Origin: Waterburya sp.
GTDB lineage: Bacteria; Cyanobacteriota; Cyanobacteriia; Cyanobacteriales; Xenococcaceae
Assembly (NCBI GenBank): GCA_965217895.1
Contig: CBDCJV010000002.1
Span: forward strand, 3,776,001 to 3,840,000
Length of the DNA: 64,000 bases
Reading direction: 5' to 3'
Below the pieces are notes generated by a model, which was given only the letters and a program-made list of their open reading frames with translations, had not been told where the DNA came from and did not search any database. Position numbers and translations under genes: made by a program. This document shows, piece by piece, positions 54,524 to 64,000 of this stretch. Every line of letters starts with the position of its first letter. Position 1 is the first letter of the stretch.

Positions 54524-55987
54524 CTAATTTATCGGTAGCTCAACTAAAATATTTGTGCCTTTATTTAGCTGACTGTTGATGGTTATTGAGCCTTGGCATA
54601 ACTCTACAGCTTTTTTGACTATAGATAAGCCCAAGCCAGTGCCAGGAGTGCTGTTTACGTTGCTGGCACGATAAAAAGATTCAAACAGGTGTTTTTGTGA
54701 TTTTTTCGGAATACCAATACCGCGGTCGCGTACTTCGATAGTAATTATTTCAGGTTTATTTGACTTGGATATAGTTAGATCTACGGGTTTTCCCGTGGGG
54801 GAGTATTTCAGGGCATTAGATAATAAATTGTTGAGAATATGTCGTAGAGTAGCCTGATCTAAATTAACAGAATCAGAGGATAGTAAATAATTAAAATTAA
54901 CTTTTTTATCTTCATAAATAGAAGTTAATTCTTGAACTATTTGCCAACAGAAGTTTCTTAAATTAATTAGCTCTGGCTTGAGCTTTTGTTTGCCTGATTC
55001 TGCTTTACTTAAAACTAAAATATCTTCAAGTAAAGAATTCATATTCAAAGCTGCATCTTGAATAGATTTTAAATAAAATTCACTTTCTGGCTGGCTTAGA
55101 CTATTATTACCGCTTAAATTTTGCACACAGAGTAAAATACTACTCAAGGGATTACGAAATTCGTGAGAAGCCATAGAAATAAAGCCAGACTTTAGCTGTC
55201 TTAATTCTTTTTCTCTTGCCAAAGATTTGCGGATTTTTGCTTCTGCTTTTTTTCTGGCTGTAACATCTCTACCTATATACACACAGTTAAAAAAGTCTTT
55301 AATTTCTGTAGGAGCAATAAAGCAGTCAAATTCTATCTGAATTGTCCTATTTTGTTCAGTTTTAAAATTAACTTCAATCTTACGGACAGAATCGGGAGAA
55401 GATAGTAGAAAATAATATATTTGTTGATGATTAAAGCTGGGATCTCGAATAATATCGTCTACCAACTGCTCGAGCAATGCTGATTTTTTTTGACCAAATA
55501 ATTCTGTGGTTGATTTATTAACTCGCTCTATTCTACCTGCGGGAGTTGTAATCAGTAATACGTCTTTCATAGACGTGATAATTTTATTGGTGCAGTATTC
55601 AAATCTTTGAAGCCTGTTCAAAGCAATTTCCGCTTCATTTAGCTTTTGGATTGAATATTGCCTTAGGGTCATTAACTCAGTAACGTCCTCTAGCAAAATA
55701 ACTAGATGCTGTTCAATTAAATTAAAATATAAATCGAAGTATACGGCGTTGTCTTCTGTTTTAGTACGACTGACGCTCTTGATAGCAAAGCTTTGTTGTC
55801 GTTGTAACAGTATTTCTTGACAAACAGACTCCAAACCAACCACTTCAGGAAAACTGTTCCTGATGTCTTCACCTGTGCTGATAGTTTTGTCAGCATATTT
55901 TTGAATATTGGCTGAAAACTCAATAACGCTAAAATTATTGTCAACTACTACATACTCTTGGTTGTCGATAACTGGTATTGAATCCAC
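54524..55987 (-). CDS. PAS-domain sensor histidine kinase
   Basis: ASHEFRNPL, NLLSNALKYS, DRGIGI, GTGLGL. Confidence 0.93.
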   Translation of the reverse strand: MDSIPVIDNQEYVVVDNNFSVIEFSANIQKYADKTISTGEDIRNSFPEVVGLESVCQEILLQRQQSFAIKSVSRTKTEDNAVYFDLYFNLIEQHLVILLEDVTELMTLRQYSIQKLNEAEIALNRLQRFEYCTNKIITSMKDVLLITTPAGRIERVNKSTTELFGQKKSALLEQLVDDIIRDPSFNHQQIYYFLLSSPDSVRKIEVNFKTEQNRTIQIEFDCFIAPTEIKDFFNCVYIGRDVTARKKAEAKIRKSLAREKELRQLKSGFISMASHEFRNPLSSILLCVQNLSGNNSLSQPESEFYLKSIQDAALNMNSLLEDILVLSKAESGKQKLKPELINLRNFCWQIVQELTSIYEDKKVNFNYLLSSDSVNLDQATLRHILNNLLSNALKYSPTGKPVDLTISKSNKPEIITIEVRDRGIGIPKKSQKHLFESFYRASNVNSTPGTGLGLSIVKKAVELCQGSITINSQLNKGTNILVELPIN

Positions 55988-56075
55988 GATTTAAATACTG
56001 TTAGTTTTAATTTGTACATCGGTTAGATACTCTGAACAAATTAGATACCCGTAGCAAAATCCACGCCCACAAAAA

Positions 56076-56125
56076 AAGCAAAGCGATCGCATCTGTTATC
56101 TTACCCCAGAGCGATCGCTTTGCTT
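56076..56125 (-). terminator. HIP1-containing 15-bp inverted repeat downstream of rpsU
   Basis: AAGCAAAGCGATCGC...GCGATCGCTTTGCTT with a T-run on the minus strand. Confidence 0.65.
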
Positions 56126-56255
56126 AAATATGATGATACCGTCTTGCTAGCTATGTTACTGATTACATATTTATTTCCCATCTATCTGCTGATGCACAAG
56201 ATGAACTAGATTTATATTATGCGTAACGAGAGGGAGAGCAATACTATGAGCCAAT

Positions 56256-56432
56256 TTAACGGTAACGTTTTTTGCGACGGGCAATTGCTTTGCGTTTGCG
56301 CTTCTCAATTGGTGTTTCGTAGTGACGACGACGTTTGATGTCGGCGAAGATACCTGCTTTTGATACTTGACGTTTAAACCGACGCAGTGCAGATTCTATA
56401 TTTTCGTTTTGTCCAACAACCACTTGGGTCAT
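56256..56432 (-). CDS. rpsU: 30S ribosomal protein S21 (58 aa, below the ORF-track cutoff)
   Basis: [66 protein letters not shown]. Confidence 0.97.
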   Translation of the reverse strand: MTQVVVGQNENIESALRRFKRQVSKAGIFADIKRRRHYETPIEKRKRKAIARRKKRYR

Positions 56433-56787
56433 TAAAAATCATCCTCCAAATTTGCTTACGATAATCGTGAATATTACCATGCTGTAAAAGTGATGCGCTT
56501 ACGGATTAAACAACCCGCCTTGGGACATAATCTAAAACAAACCTCTAAATTATATCTTTATAAAACTCACCAAATCAAAGCTAGCGTTCACTTTGTTAAT
56601 ATTTTGTTTATTGTCTAGTAGCTTAATTGCCGTTGAGCTTTTAATTATAGCTTTGAAGCAGAAAGCCTATCTAGTGCTAAACATGAGACTCTAATTATAA
56701 CTATTTTAGTATTTTCAGCATTACTAAAATAGTATATATCAATAACCTAATTCTATTTGGAGCAATAGCAAAGAAAATCTAAATCTA

Positions 56788-57390
56788 TCACAAATTCAGT
56801 TCTTTGGAAAAATTTTGACATTTGTTAAAGTGATATGCACCCATTAGTGCGCCCCAAGTTCCTTTCCCTGTCTCAGGGTCAATTCCTTTATCAAAGGTTT
56901 TTAATTCGTTTGCTGTGGCTTTGAATCCTAAAAAAACTTGAAAAGTCGTACCTTGGTAAGTAACGCTACAGGGTGTATCTACCAGAGGAGTAGTTTCAAA
57001 ACAGTATTGGTCGTCAACAAGCTTTGTGGTCGCTACTTGAAGGGTACAGTTAGGCAAAAATTCAATTTTCTCTGGTGTTATTTGTTGAATCAAATCCTTA
57101 TTTTGTCCTGCGCCCTGAGCCGTAGTAATATCTTTGAACATATAAAATTCTACTTCTATAGTTTCTCTTTGCCTAAGTCGCATAATCCTTGGTCTGTAAG
57201 GCTGATCTAGCTTTAAAATATTGGCTTGTTCGGCAAATAAAGTAATGCTGTCTGCTGTAAAAATCGGCACTGGGCGTATCCAAAGCCGCAAATTAACATA
57301 CCAGGCTGGTTGTTCTAAAGCCTGTTGTTGATTGGCAAATTCTCCAGCTAAATAAGTGGCTAAAGTAGTTAATTGAGTCGAGAAATTCAT
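56788..57390 (-). CDS. cpcT: CpcT/CpeT-family phycobiliprotein chromophore lyase
   Basis: LAGEFANQQQA, PYRPR, DKGIDPETG..WG. Confidence 0.88.
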   Translation of the reverse strand: MNFSTQLTTLATYLAGEFANQQQALEQPAWYVNLRLWIRPVPIFTADSITLFAEQANILKLDQPYRPRIMRLRQRETIEVEFYMFKDITTAQGAGQNKDLIQQITPEKIEFLPNCTLQVATTKLVDDQYCFETTPLVDTPCSVTYQGTTFQVFLGFKATANELKTFDKGIDPETGKGTWGALMGAYHFNKCQNFSKELNL

Positions 57391-57450
57391 TGAGGATAAC
57401 TATTAATCGGGCTTAAAGTTGATTTATCAGCAACTTAAATTAATAATCTC

Positions 57451-58314
57451 ATGGAAGATAGATCTTTTACCCCTCGATCTACCGAGGATGGTTCATATAC
57501 TTTTTTTTCAGAAGAGTTTCAAGAAACTTTTCATTCGTCTTTTGGCGCCAAACAAGAAGCTGAAGTAAGATATGTCAAACCATGTTTAATTAAGCAATTG
57601 GCAGCACAACAGTCTACTATCCGCCTTTTGGATATTTGTTATGGTCTTGGCTATAATAGTGCTGCTGCTTTAGAGGCAATTTGGTCGGTCAACCCCAAAT
57701 GTAGAGTAGAATTGATGGCACTAGAAATATCAGCAGATGTTCCTCGTCAAGCTATAAAATACAATCTTTTATCACAGTGGCAACCTGCTATCCGCCAGCG
57801 ATTAAGACAACTATTTGATAAATCTTTAATTGAAGATGATTTATTAGAAGCAAGGCTAATCTGGGGTGATGCAAGAAAAACGATAAAAGCGATCGCCGTC
57901 AAAAACTGGCAGGCTGACGCGATTTTTCTAGATCCTTTTTCTCCACCAAAATGTCCTCAACTATGGACTGTAGAGTTTATTAGTTTGGTGGCTAAGTGTC
58001 TCCATCAGCAAGGAAGACTGGCAACTTACTCTTGCTCTGCTGCCGTTCGCACAGCGTTTTTGTCAGCTAATCTAGACATTGCGCCCATAACTGGTGCTGG
58101 TCGTAAGTCTCCAGGTACTTTAGCTGTTCATAAGTATAAAAAGATACCAACACTTTCTCAACAAGAGCAAGAACATCTTAAGACTCGTGCGGCGATTCCT
58201 TATCGAGATCCAAATTTAGAAGACAACGCCGATCTAATAATTGCTAGACGGCAACAAGAGCAGCAAAGCAGTAATTTTGAACCTACCTCTCAGTGGAGAA
58301 AGCGTTGGCTGTAG
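57451..58314 (+). CDS. MnmC/MnmD-like SAM-dependent methyltransferase
   Basis: TEDGSYT, E.FHS..GA, GLGYN, FLDPFSP..CPQLW, TYS. Confidence 0.88.
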   Translation: MEDRSFTPRSTEDGSYTFFSEEFQETFHSSFGAKQEAEVRYVKPCLIKQLAAQQSTIRLLDICYGLGYNSAAALEAIWSVNPKCRVELMALEISADVPRQAIKYNLLSQWQPAIRQRLRQLFDKSLIEDDLLEARLIWGDARKTIKAIAVKNWQADAIFLDPFSPPKCPQLWTVEFISLVAKCLHQQGRLATYSCSAAVRTAFLSANLDIAPITGAGRKSPGTLAVHKYKKIPTLSQQEQEHLKTRAAIPYRDPNLEDNADLIIARRQQEQQSSNFEPTSQWRKRWL

Positions 58315-58611
58315 TTAAATATTTAGCTTATGGTTAACCGTAAATTTATTTAAAGACAATTTTTTCTCTAGCTTGCGGGGTTTGGTTTCCTCGTAAACTC
58401 CGTATTATGCCCGATCTCAAACAGTAAATTACTATTCATAATAGTATTATTGGCAATTTAAAAAACTTTGTATCAATTTTGTCTTCAAATTAAAAGATCC
58501 GAGCTAGGCTTAGAGCAATAGTCAGCTATGATTAATATTTTTTGTACCAAAGCTTAGAAGTTGAATGCAATGGTTTGTTGAGTATCTGGAATTTTTTTTT
58601 AGCAAAAAGTA

Positions 58612-59637
58612 ATGAAAAAAGTTAGTGATTTTCCCTTGGTGACAATCAATAGCAATAGTTATGAAGTGAACAATAATCCTCGTTTTATCTCTGCCAAAAT
58701 TCTTGTTGTTGATGAAAATCCTCTAAGTCGGATGACGGCAGTCGATCTTTTGTCATTAGACGGATATGAAGTGATTGAAGCCGATGACATAGCTTCAATT
58801 TTTGAACACATTAATCAGCAAAAGCCAGATCTAATCTTGCTAGACTTAATGATGCGACAGATAGACAGCTTTTCTTTGTGTCGTCAAATAAAAGCAGATT
58901 ATCGTACTGCCAATACACCCGTCGTTTTGACAACTTTAACTGATAATCGAGAAAATCGAATTAAGGTTATGGAAGCGGGGGGAGATGATGTTTTGGTTAA
59001 ACCTCTCAATCGGATTGAATTATCTACAAGAGTTAAATCTTTAGTTGGTCAAAAAACTGCCAATCAAGAATTAGATCAAACTGAACAGGTTTTATTTACC
59101 ATTGCCAAGGCAGTAGATAATCGCTCAGTTAGTCGCGGTGGTAGAGATCGCGTGGTAACTTTAGTTGATTCATTTGGTGAGTATCTTGGTTTAAATGACG
59201 AAGATATAGAAAATCTAGCTTTTGCGGCACATATACACGATATTGGGACGATCGCCATTCCTGATGCGATCATGCTCAAAGCTGGAGAACTAACCTTCAA
59301 GGAAAAAGAGTTAATCACTCAACACGTTCTATTTGGTGAAGAAATTTGTCAGCCATTACGCAACCGTAGTGGAGTTTTACCTATTATTCGTCATCATCAT
59401 GAACGCTGGGATGGAACAGGATATCCTGATGGTTTATCAGGGGCAAAAATTCCTTATTTGGCACAAATATTCCAGATTATTGATATTTATGATGCCCTGA
59501 CGAGCGATCGCCCACACAAAAAAGCCTATAGCCCTGCTGAAGCTTTAGAAATTATTGTCGAAGAAACTAACAAAGGATGGCGTAATCCCAATCTGATTGC
59601 CGAATTTACTACCTTTATTCGCTCTCAAGAACAATAG
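58612..59637 (+). CDS. REC + HD-GYP phosphodiesterase
   Basis: HDIG, HHHERWDGTGYPDG. Confidence 0.92.
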   Translation: MKKVSDFPLVTINSNSYEVNNNPRFISAKILVVDENPLSRMTAVDLLSLDGYEVIEADDIASIFEHINQQKPDLILLDLMMRQIDSFSLCRQIKADYRTANTPVVLTTLTDNRENRIKVMEAGGDDVLVKPLNRIELSTRVKSLVGQKTANQELDQTEQVLFTIAKAVDNRSVSRGGRDRVVTLVDSFGEYLGLNDEDIENLAFAAHIHDIGTIAIPDAIMLKAGELTFKEKELITQHVLFGEEICQPLRNRSGVLPIIRHHHERWDGTGYPDGLSGAKIPYLAQIFQIIDIYDALTSDRPHKKAYSPAEALEIIVEETNKGWRNPNLIAEFTTFIRSQEQ

Positions 59638-59663
59638 ATAAATTTTTGATTTTTTAATCTTTA

Positions 59664-59692
59664 TACCTGCTGAACATTTAAGCAGGTTTTTT
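59664..59692 (+). terminator. Probable intrinsic terminator
   Basis: ACCTGCT/AGCAGGT stem followed by a T-run. Confidence 0.6.
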
Positions 59693-59785
59693 AGTATTTA
59701 TAGTGACAAAATTTTCATAAACGATACCTGATGACAGATAATAATATGCGGGGACTACGATCAAACACAAAATTACCAATCAGCT

Positions 59786-60766
59786 ATGGTCAAAACTAAG
59801 AAAAAAACTTTTTTACTAGATTTTGAGAAGCCTCTTTGCGAATTAGAGTCGAGAATTGAGCAAATTAAAACTCTAGCTGCAGAAAACCAGGTAGATGTTG
59901 CCACCGAAATAACTCAATTAGAAATTAGGGCAGAACAACTGCGCCAGGAAATTTTTAGTACTCTAACTCCAGCCCAAAGGCTTCAGCTAGCTCGTCATCC
60001 TCGTCGCCCTAGTACCCTAGATTATGTTCAGGCAATCACCGATGAGTGGATGGAGCTGCATGGCGATCGCGGGGGCTATGACGATCCAGCTTTGGTAGGC
60101 GGAGTTGCCCGCATAGATGGTCGTCCAGTAGTGATTTTGGGACACCAAAAAGGTAGAGATACTAAAGACAATGTAGCCCGTAATTTTGGCATGGCTTTTC
60201 CTGGTGGCTATCGCAAAGCAATACGCTTGATGGATCACGCCAACAAGTTTGGAATGCCTATTTTAACCTTTATTGATACCCCTGGAGCTTGGTCAGGAGT
60301 AGAAGCCGAAAAGCTCGGTCAAGGTGAAGCGATCGCCTATAATCTCAGACAAATGTTTGGTTTTGATGTCCCTATCATCTGTACCGTAATTGGCGAAGGA
60401 GGTTCGGGTGGTGCATTGGGTATTGGCGTAGCCGATCGTCTATTGATGTTAGAACACTCGGTTTACACCGTTGCCAGTCCCGAAGCCTGTGCTGCAATTC
60501 TCTGGAAAGATGCCAAAAAATCAGACAAGGCAGCAGCAGCACTTAAGATTACTTCTTCAGACTTAAAAGAGTTAGGAATTATCGATCAAATTGTTCCTGA
60601 ACCCAGCAGTGGAGCCCACGCCAATCCTGTAGAAGCAGCAGCCAAGTTAAAAGAGACTATTTGGTTAAATCTAGAGCAACTTTGGCAGATGACGCCTCAA
60701 CAGCGAAAAAATCTGCGCTACGATAAATTCCGCAACATAGGTCGGTTTGAGACGGCTGTAGTTTAA
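59786..60766 (+). CDS. accA: Acetyl-CoA carboxylase carboxyltransferase alpha subunit
   Basis: [28 protein letters not shown]. Confidence 0.98.
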   Translation: MVKTKKKTFLLDFEKPLCELESRIEQIKTLAAENQVDVATEITQLEIRAEQLRQEIFSTLTPAQRLQLARHPRRPSTLDYVQAITDEWMELHGDRGGYDDPALVGGVARIDGRPVVILGHQKGRDTKDNVARNFGMAFPGGYRKAIRLMDHANKFGMPILTFIDTPGAWSGVEAEKLGQGEAIAYNLRQMFGFDVPIICTVIGEGGSGGALGIGVADRLLMLEHSVYTVASPEACAAILWKDAKKSDKAAAALKITSSDLKELGIIDQIVPEPSSGAHANPVEAAAKLKETIWLNLEQLWQMTPQQRKNLRYDKFRNIGRFETAVV

Positions 60767-60993
60767 TTTTGTCGGGTTAGTTATTGCGCTCAAACTTATG
60801 AATTACAAAATTTATCGCTTTTGGGGATTGAATATCTCCCGTTTTGTTTTCTGGTAATTGAGCGACTGCATATAAAGTTTGTCCGTAATGCGATCGCTTT
60901 AGATTAATTCTTCAAAAAATTTGGCTAAAGAAATTAGCCTCTATCTGTAGCCGTCTTTTCAAGAATTGGTATTACACTCTGATTTTTGCTAAT

Positions 60994-61029
60994 TAGGTTG
61001 GGTGAGCGATCAAACTCTAATCCCAACCT
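60994..61029. repeat. Degenerate REP-like element TAGGTTGGG...CCCAACCT
   Basis: Inverted arms between convergent genes. Confidence 0.5.
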
Positions 61030-61064
61030 GCGCCAGCAGTTAACTTTTGTTTGACAAACAGTCT

Positions 61065-61586
61065 CTAAAACTTAGTCATCGTTTTTGCGCTTAATCTCAC
61101 CCAATGAGTGATATCGTCTTTAGTAATTTTTTCTTTGTGATTTTCTTCTATTTGAAATTCATGTTGAAATTCATGATTGTCTTTTGAGTGTGTAATTAAT
61201 TGCGATGGAAATAAGTTTTGGATGAAAAAATTGACTGTATTAGGCTTGATTAAACCCTGTTGAATAGCAGTATCTCCAAAACGAAGCGAAAGTTTATTTT
61301 GTTCAATTAAAATGACTTTGATTTCTTCTTCACTTAATAATCCTGCCTTTTGAAAATAAAAGCCAATGGGATGTTCTATTCGTCTATTAACTAGCTTGAA
61401 CCATTCTTGCACAAAGAAATCAGCAGTATCCTGTTTAATCCAACCTCTTAAAGCCAATATTTCCCCCAGGCGCATATCTTCATAGTATGTCTGATCTCGA
61501 AGAGCTACTTCTAACTGTGGAGTAGTAATCAAACCTGCTTCTTGTAAGATTTCCCCTATGGGTTTAAACGTAATAAATTTAGACAT
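61065..61586 (-). CDS. Hypothetical protein with tandem MshEN-like motifs
   Basis: PIGEILQEAGLIT..QL..AL..Q, RLGEILALRGWI, PIGFYFQKAGLL, RFGDTAIQQGLI. Confidence 0.7.
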   Translation of the reverse strand: MSKFITFKPIGEILQEAGLITTPQLEVALRDQTYYEDMRLGEILALRGWIKQDTADFFVQEWFKLVNRRIEHPIGFYFQKAGLLSEEEIKVILIEQNKLSLRFGDTAIQQGLIKPNTVNFFIQNLFPSQLITHSKDNHEFQHEFQIEENHKEKITKDDITHWVRLSAKTMTKF

Positions 61587-61738
61587 AGCAAGTATCAGAA
61601 AAATTAAACAAATATATTAATTGGTATTTGGTTTGCCGATCGCCATCTTGCTGGCTCAGAATTGTTAGCTAGGAAAAATTGTCTTAAACAAAATTGTTTG
61701 TCTCAATAAAACCCATTAGCTTCAATTGGAATCATCAG

Positions 61739-62590
61739 CTATTTATTTAAATACACAGCATGATGCTGCATATGATCCTTTATAAACGTACTAATCGTAA
61801 AATAGCTGTGATCGTATCCCGTTTGCCAGCGTAAATTTAAATCTTGTCCCACTTGTTGACAGGCTTGTTGAAAATTTTCTGGTAATAACTGTTTTTGCTC
61901 ATAAAATTGATCGGCAGTACCCTGATCGATTAGGATCGTCGAATTTAACTGGGTGTGCTTAATCAATTCGGTGGCATCGTATTCTGCCCACTTTTGGCGA
62001 TCGCTTCCTAAATATGCCGTAAAGATTTTATCCCCCCAGGGACAGTTACTCGGTGCTAATATGGGTGCGAAAGCGGATACTGATTGGTATTGTTGGGGAT
62101 TTTTTAAGGCGCAAATCAATGCACCATGTCCTCCCATAGAATGTCCAAAAATACTTTGTTTTTCTGGTTCAACTGAAAAGTTATCCACAATCAACTGTGG
62201 CAACTCTTGGGTAATATAGCTATACATCTGGTAATGTTTACTCCAGGGCTTCTGCGTCGCATTTATGTAAAACCCTGCACCACTACCCAAATCCCACGTC
62301 TCGTCTTCTCCAGGTATGCCTGTATTGCGGGGGCTAGTATCGGGTGCAACCAACATAATTCCCAACTCAGCAGCATAACGTTGTGCGCCAGCTTTGGTAA
62401 TAAAATTTTCTTCGTTGCAGGTTAAACCTGAAAGGTAATAGAGAATTGGGACTGGTTGAGATTGTGCCAGAGGAGGAAGATAAACTGCAAAATTCAGATC
62501 GCAGTTACAGGAGTCTGAATGATGAGTATAGTAAGCAACTGTACCATCAAAACAGCGATATTCGGATTTTAGACTCAAGGAATTAGACAT
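61739..62590 (-). CDS. fghA: S-formylglutathione hydrolase
   Basis: LSGLTC, PDTSPR, GHSMGGHG, GYDHSY. Confidence 0.96.
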   Translation of the reverse strand: MSNSLSLKSEYRCFDGTVAYYTHHSDSCNCDLNFAVYLPPLAQSQPVPILYYLSGLTCNEENFITKAGAQRYAAELGIMLVAPDTSPRNTGIPGEDETWDLGSGAGFYINATQKPWSKHYQMYSYITQELPQLIVDNFSVEPEKQSIFGHSMGGHGALICALKNPQQYQSVSAFAPILAPSNCPWGDKIFTAYLGSDRQKWAEYDATELIKHTQLNSTILIDQGTADQFYEQKQLLPENFQQACQQVGQDLNLRWQTGYDHSYFTISTFIKDHMQHHAVYLNK

Positions 62591-62681
62591 AGTGCAGTAA
62601 TAAAATACGTATAATGTGAATTAAAAATGCTTAATCTAGTTTTATATAGGTAGTTGGTCTTTGAAAACCATGTTTATTCCT

Positions 62682-62940
62682 GGGGGAACTTTCCACTACT
62701 ACCCCAATCTCGCGCATTCCCAAGCCAGTCCGTTGCGGGTCTATGACCCGTTGAAGGAACTGGCGTTTGCGCCTGACGGCGACGCGGTGAGACAAGTTGC
62801 GGTGGTGAGACACTTGCGTTGCGGGTCTATGACCCGTTGAGCAAAGTGTCGAAAGGTTTCACCGGCATAAGCAAACTGTCGAACCCTTTAGGGGGTCGCT
62901 CGCCTGCTTGGGGACGTAACGACCCTCCCCAGACCCCTTC
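62682..62940 (-). mobile_element. Multiply nested hairpin-element composite (three family-B modules in family A, within a GGGGTCTGGGGA...TTCCCCC palindromic repeat)
   Basis: Reverse complement aligns with 43560-43668 plus two extra modules (62723-62766, 62807-62852). Confidence 0.85.
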
Positions 62941-63184
62941 CGTATAAGAGTATAGCTACAATATTTGTTTTACTAACTAATTTATTGCCCATTTATTGCC
63001 CTAAATTCAAAGCTTTTTACTGATTAATATTAGTAAACCTGATTCACATCAGACGTAAAATAACAATTTAGTACCATTATGCGGAGATCAGAGGTCAAAA
63101 TATCTAATTGATAAGGCTTCTAAGATCTACTAATGGTGAATTTATCTACGCCAACGTTTACTAAGTAGGTCGGGACGATTAAAG

Positions 63185-63973
63185 TTAACTGTGACGGCGG
63201 GTAAAGACTAGATTCTTCTGATTAGATAGTTCATCGTTATAACTATAGCCAGCTTCGCTGAAATTTTTTAGATCTTGGATATTTTGTAATTTATTTTTGA
63301 TAATGTATGCAGCCATCATACCGCGAGCTTTCTTGGCATAAAAACTAATTATTTTGTATTTTCCTTGCTTCCAATCTTTAAATACAGGGGTAATAATATC
63401 TCCTTTTAATAATTTTGGCTTTACTGCTTTGAAATATTCATCTGAAGCTAAATTAACAATAGTTTTATGTTCTAACTGCTCCAATTGCTGATTAATGGCT
63501 AGAGTTAGCTTATCCTGCCAAAATTCATAAAGAGTATTGACTGATAAATTTTTGAGCTTAGAGTGAGTCAATTTTGTACCCATTTCCAAGCGATAAGGTT
63601 GAATCAAATCCAATGGTTTAAGTAGACCATACAACCCAGACAAAATTCTTAAATGTTCTTGAGCAAAGCCAAAATCCTGCTGGTTAAAATTATCAACAGC
63701 CATTCCCCGATAAACATCTCCTTGAAAAGCCAGTAAAGCCTGTTTAGCAGTAGTACGATCGAATGAAGGTTGCCAAGTTTGATAGCGGGATGCGTTTAAC
63801 TCTCCTAACTTATCGCTAATTTTCATCAGCGACGAAATCTCTGGTGCTGATAGCTGACGTAATTGCTTAACCAAAATCTCTGTATCAGCTAAAAAATCTG
63901 GTTGAGAAAAATATTCGACACTTGCAGGAGTTTCAAAATCTAAGGTTTTGGCAGGAGAAATTAAGATCAGCAC
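63185..63973 (-). CDS. yaaA: Peroxide stress protein YaaA (DUF328)
   Basis: ISPAKTLD, LSGLYG.L.PLD.I.PYRLEMG, NLASDEY, AKKARG. Confidence 0.95.
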   Translation of the reverse strand: MLILISPAKTLDFETPASVEYFSQPDFLADTEILVKQLRQLSAPEISSLMKISDKLGELNASRYQTWQPSFDRTTAKQALLAFQGDVYRGMAVDNFNQQDFGFAQEHLRILSGLYGLLKPLDLIQPYRLEMGTKLTHSKLKNLSVNTLYEFWQDKLTLAINQQLEQLEHKTIVNLASDEYFKAVKPKLLKGDIITPVFKDWKQGKYKIISFYAKKARGMMAAYIIKNKLQNIQDLKNFSEAGYSYNDELSNQKNLVFTRRHS

Positions 63974-64000
63974 AGGTTGTTAGCGAAGCTTAGAATATGC

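Larger units (their letters stand above)
1..64000. repeat. HIP1 (GCGATCGC) dispersed throughout
   Basis: Dozens of copies, e.g. 4795, 4954, 17129, 17148, 36888, 56083, 56111. Confidence 0.95.

Noticed and set aside
62731..62840. 24-nt direct repeat as a possible CRISPR array
   Set aside because: Only two copies, a 62-nt spacer made of other repeat modules, and no cas genes; explained by nested elements.

Overview
Chromosomal window from an AT-rich cyanobacterium. Evidence: dense HIP1 octamers GCGATCGC plus ndhB, sasA, cpcT, ccs1 and argZ; a Pleurocapsales-like lineage is my inference only. It is mostly core genes: selO, GH57, sasA, ndhB, topA, ccs1/ccdA, cax, phoH, argZ, shc, bioB, dnaN-dnaA with an intergenic DnaA-box cluster (probable oriC), def, a ROK kinase, rpsU (too short for the ORF track), accA, fghA and yaaA, with many two-component and c-di-GMP genes. 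Accessory material: a methyltransferase with a degenerate attC-like site plus a VapBC-type TA pair between ccdA and ccs1, a dead IS1, a GC-rich katG and an aldo/keto reductase fragment. The most striking signal is a set of tiny (about 37-110 nt), non-coding, GC-rich hairpin elements that keep structure and length but not sequence (compensatory changes). They nest inside each other and insert into heptamer repeats, HIP1, the IS1 slippery site and in frame into argZ. Downstream of dnaN lie two 58-nt triple-hairpin units of identical geometry flanking a four-way junction. No CRISPR array, tRNA or rRNA gene was seen. All calls come from reading motifs by eye; no searches were run.
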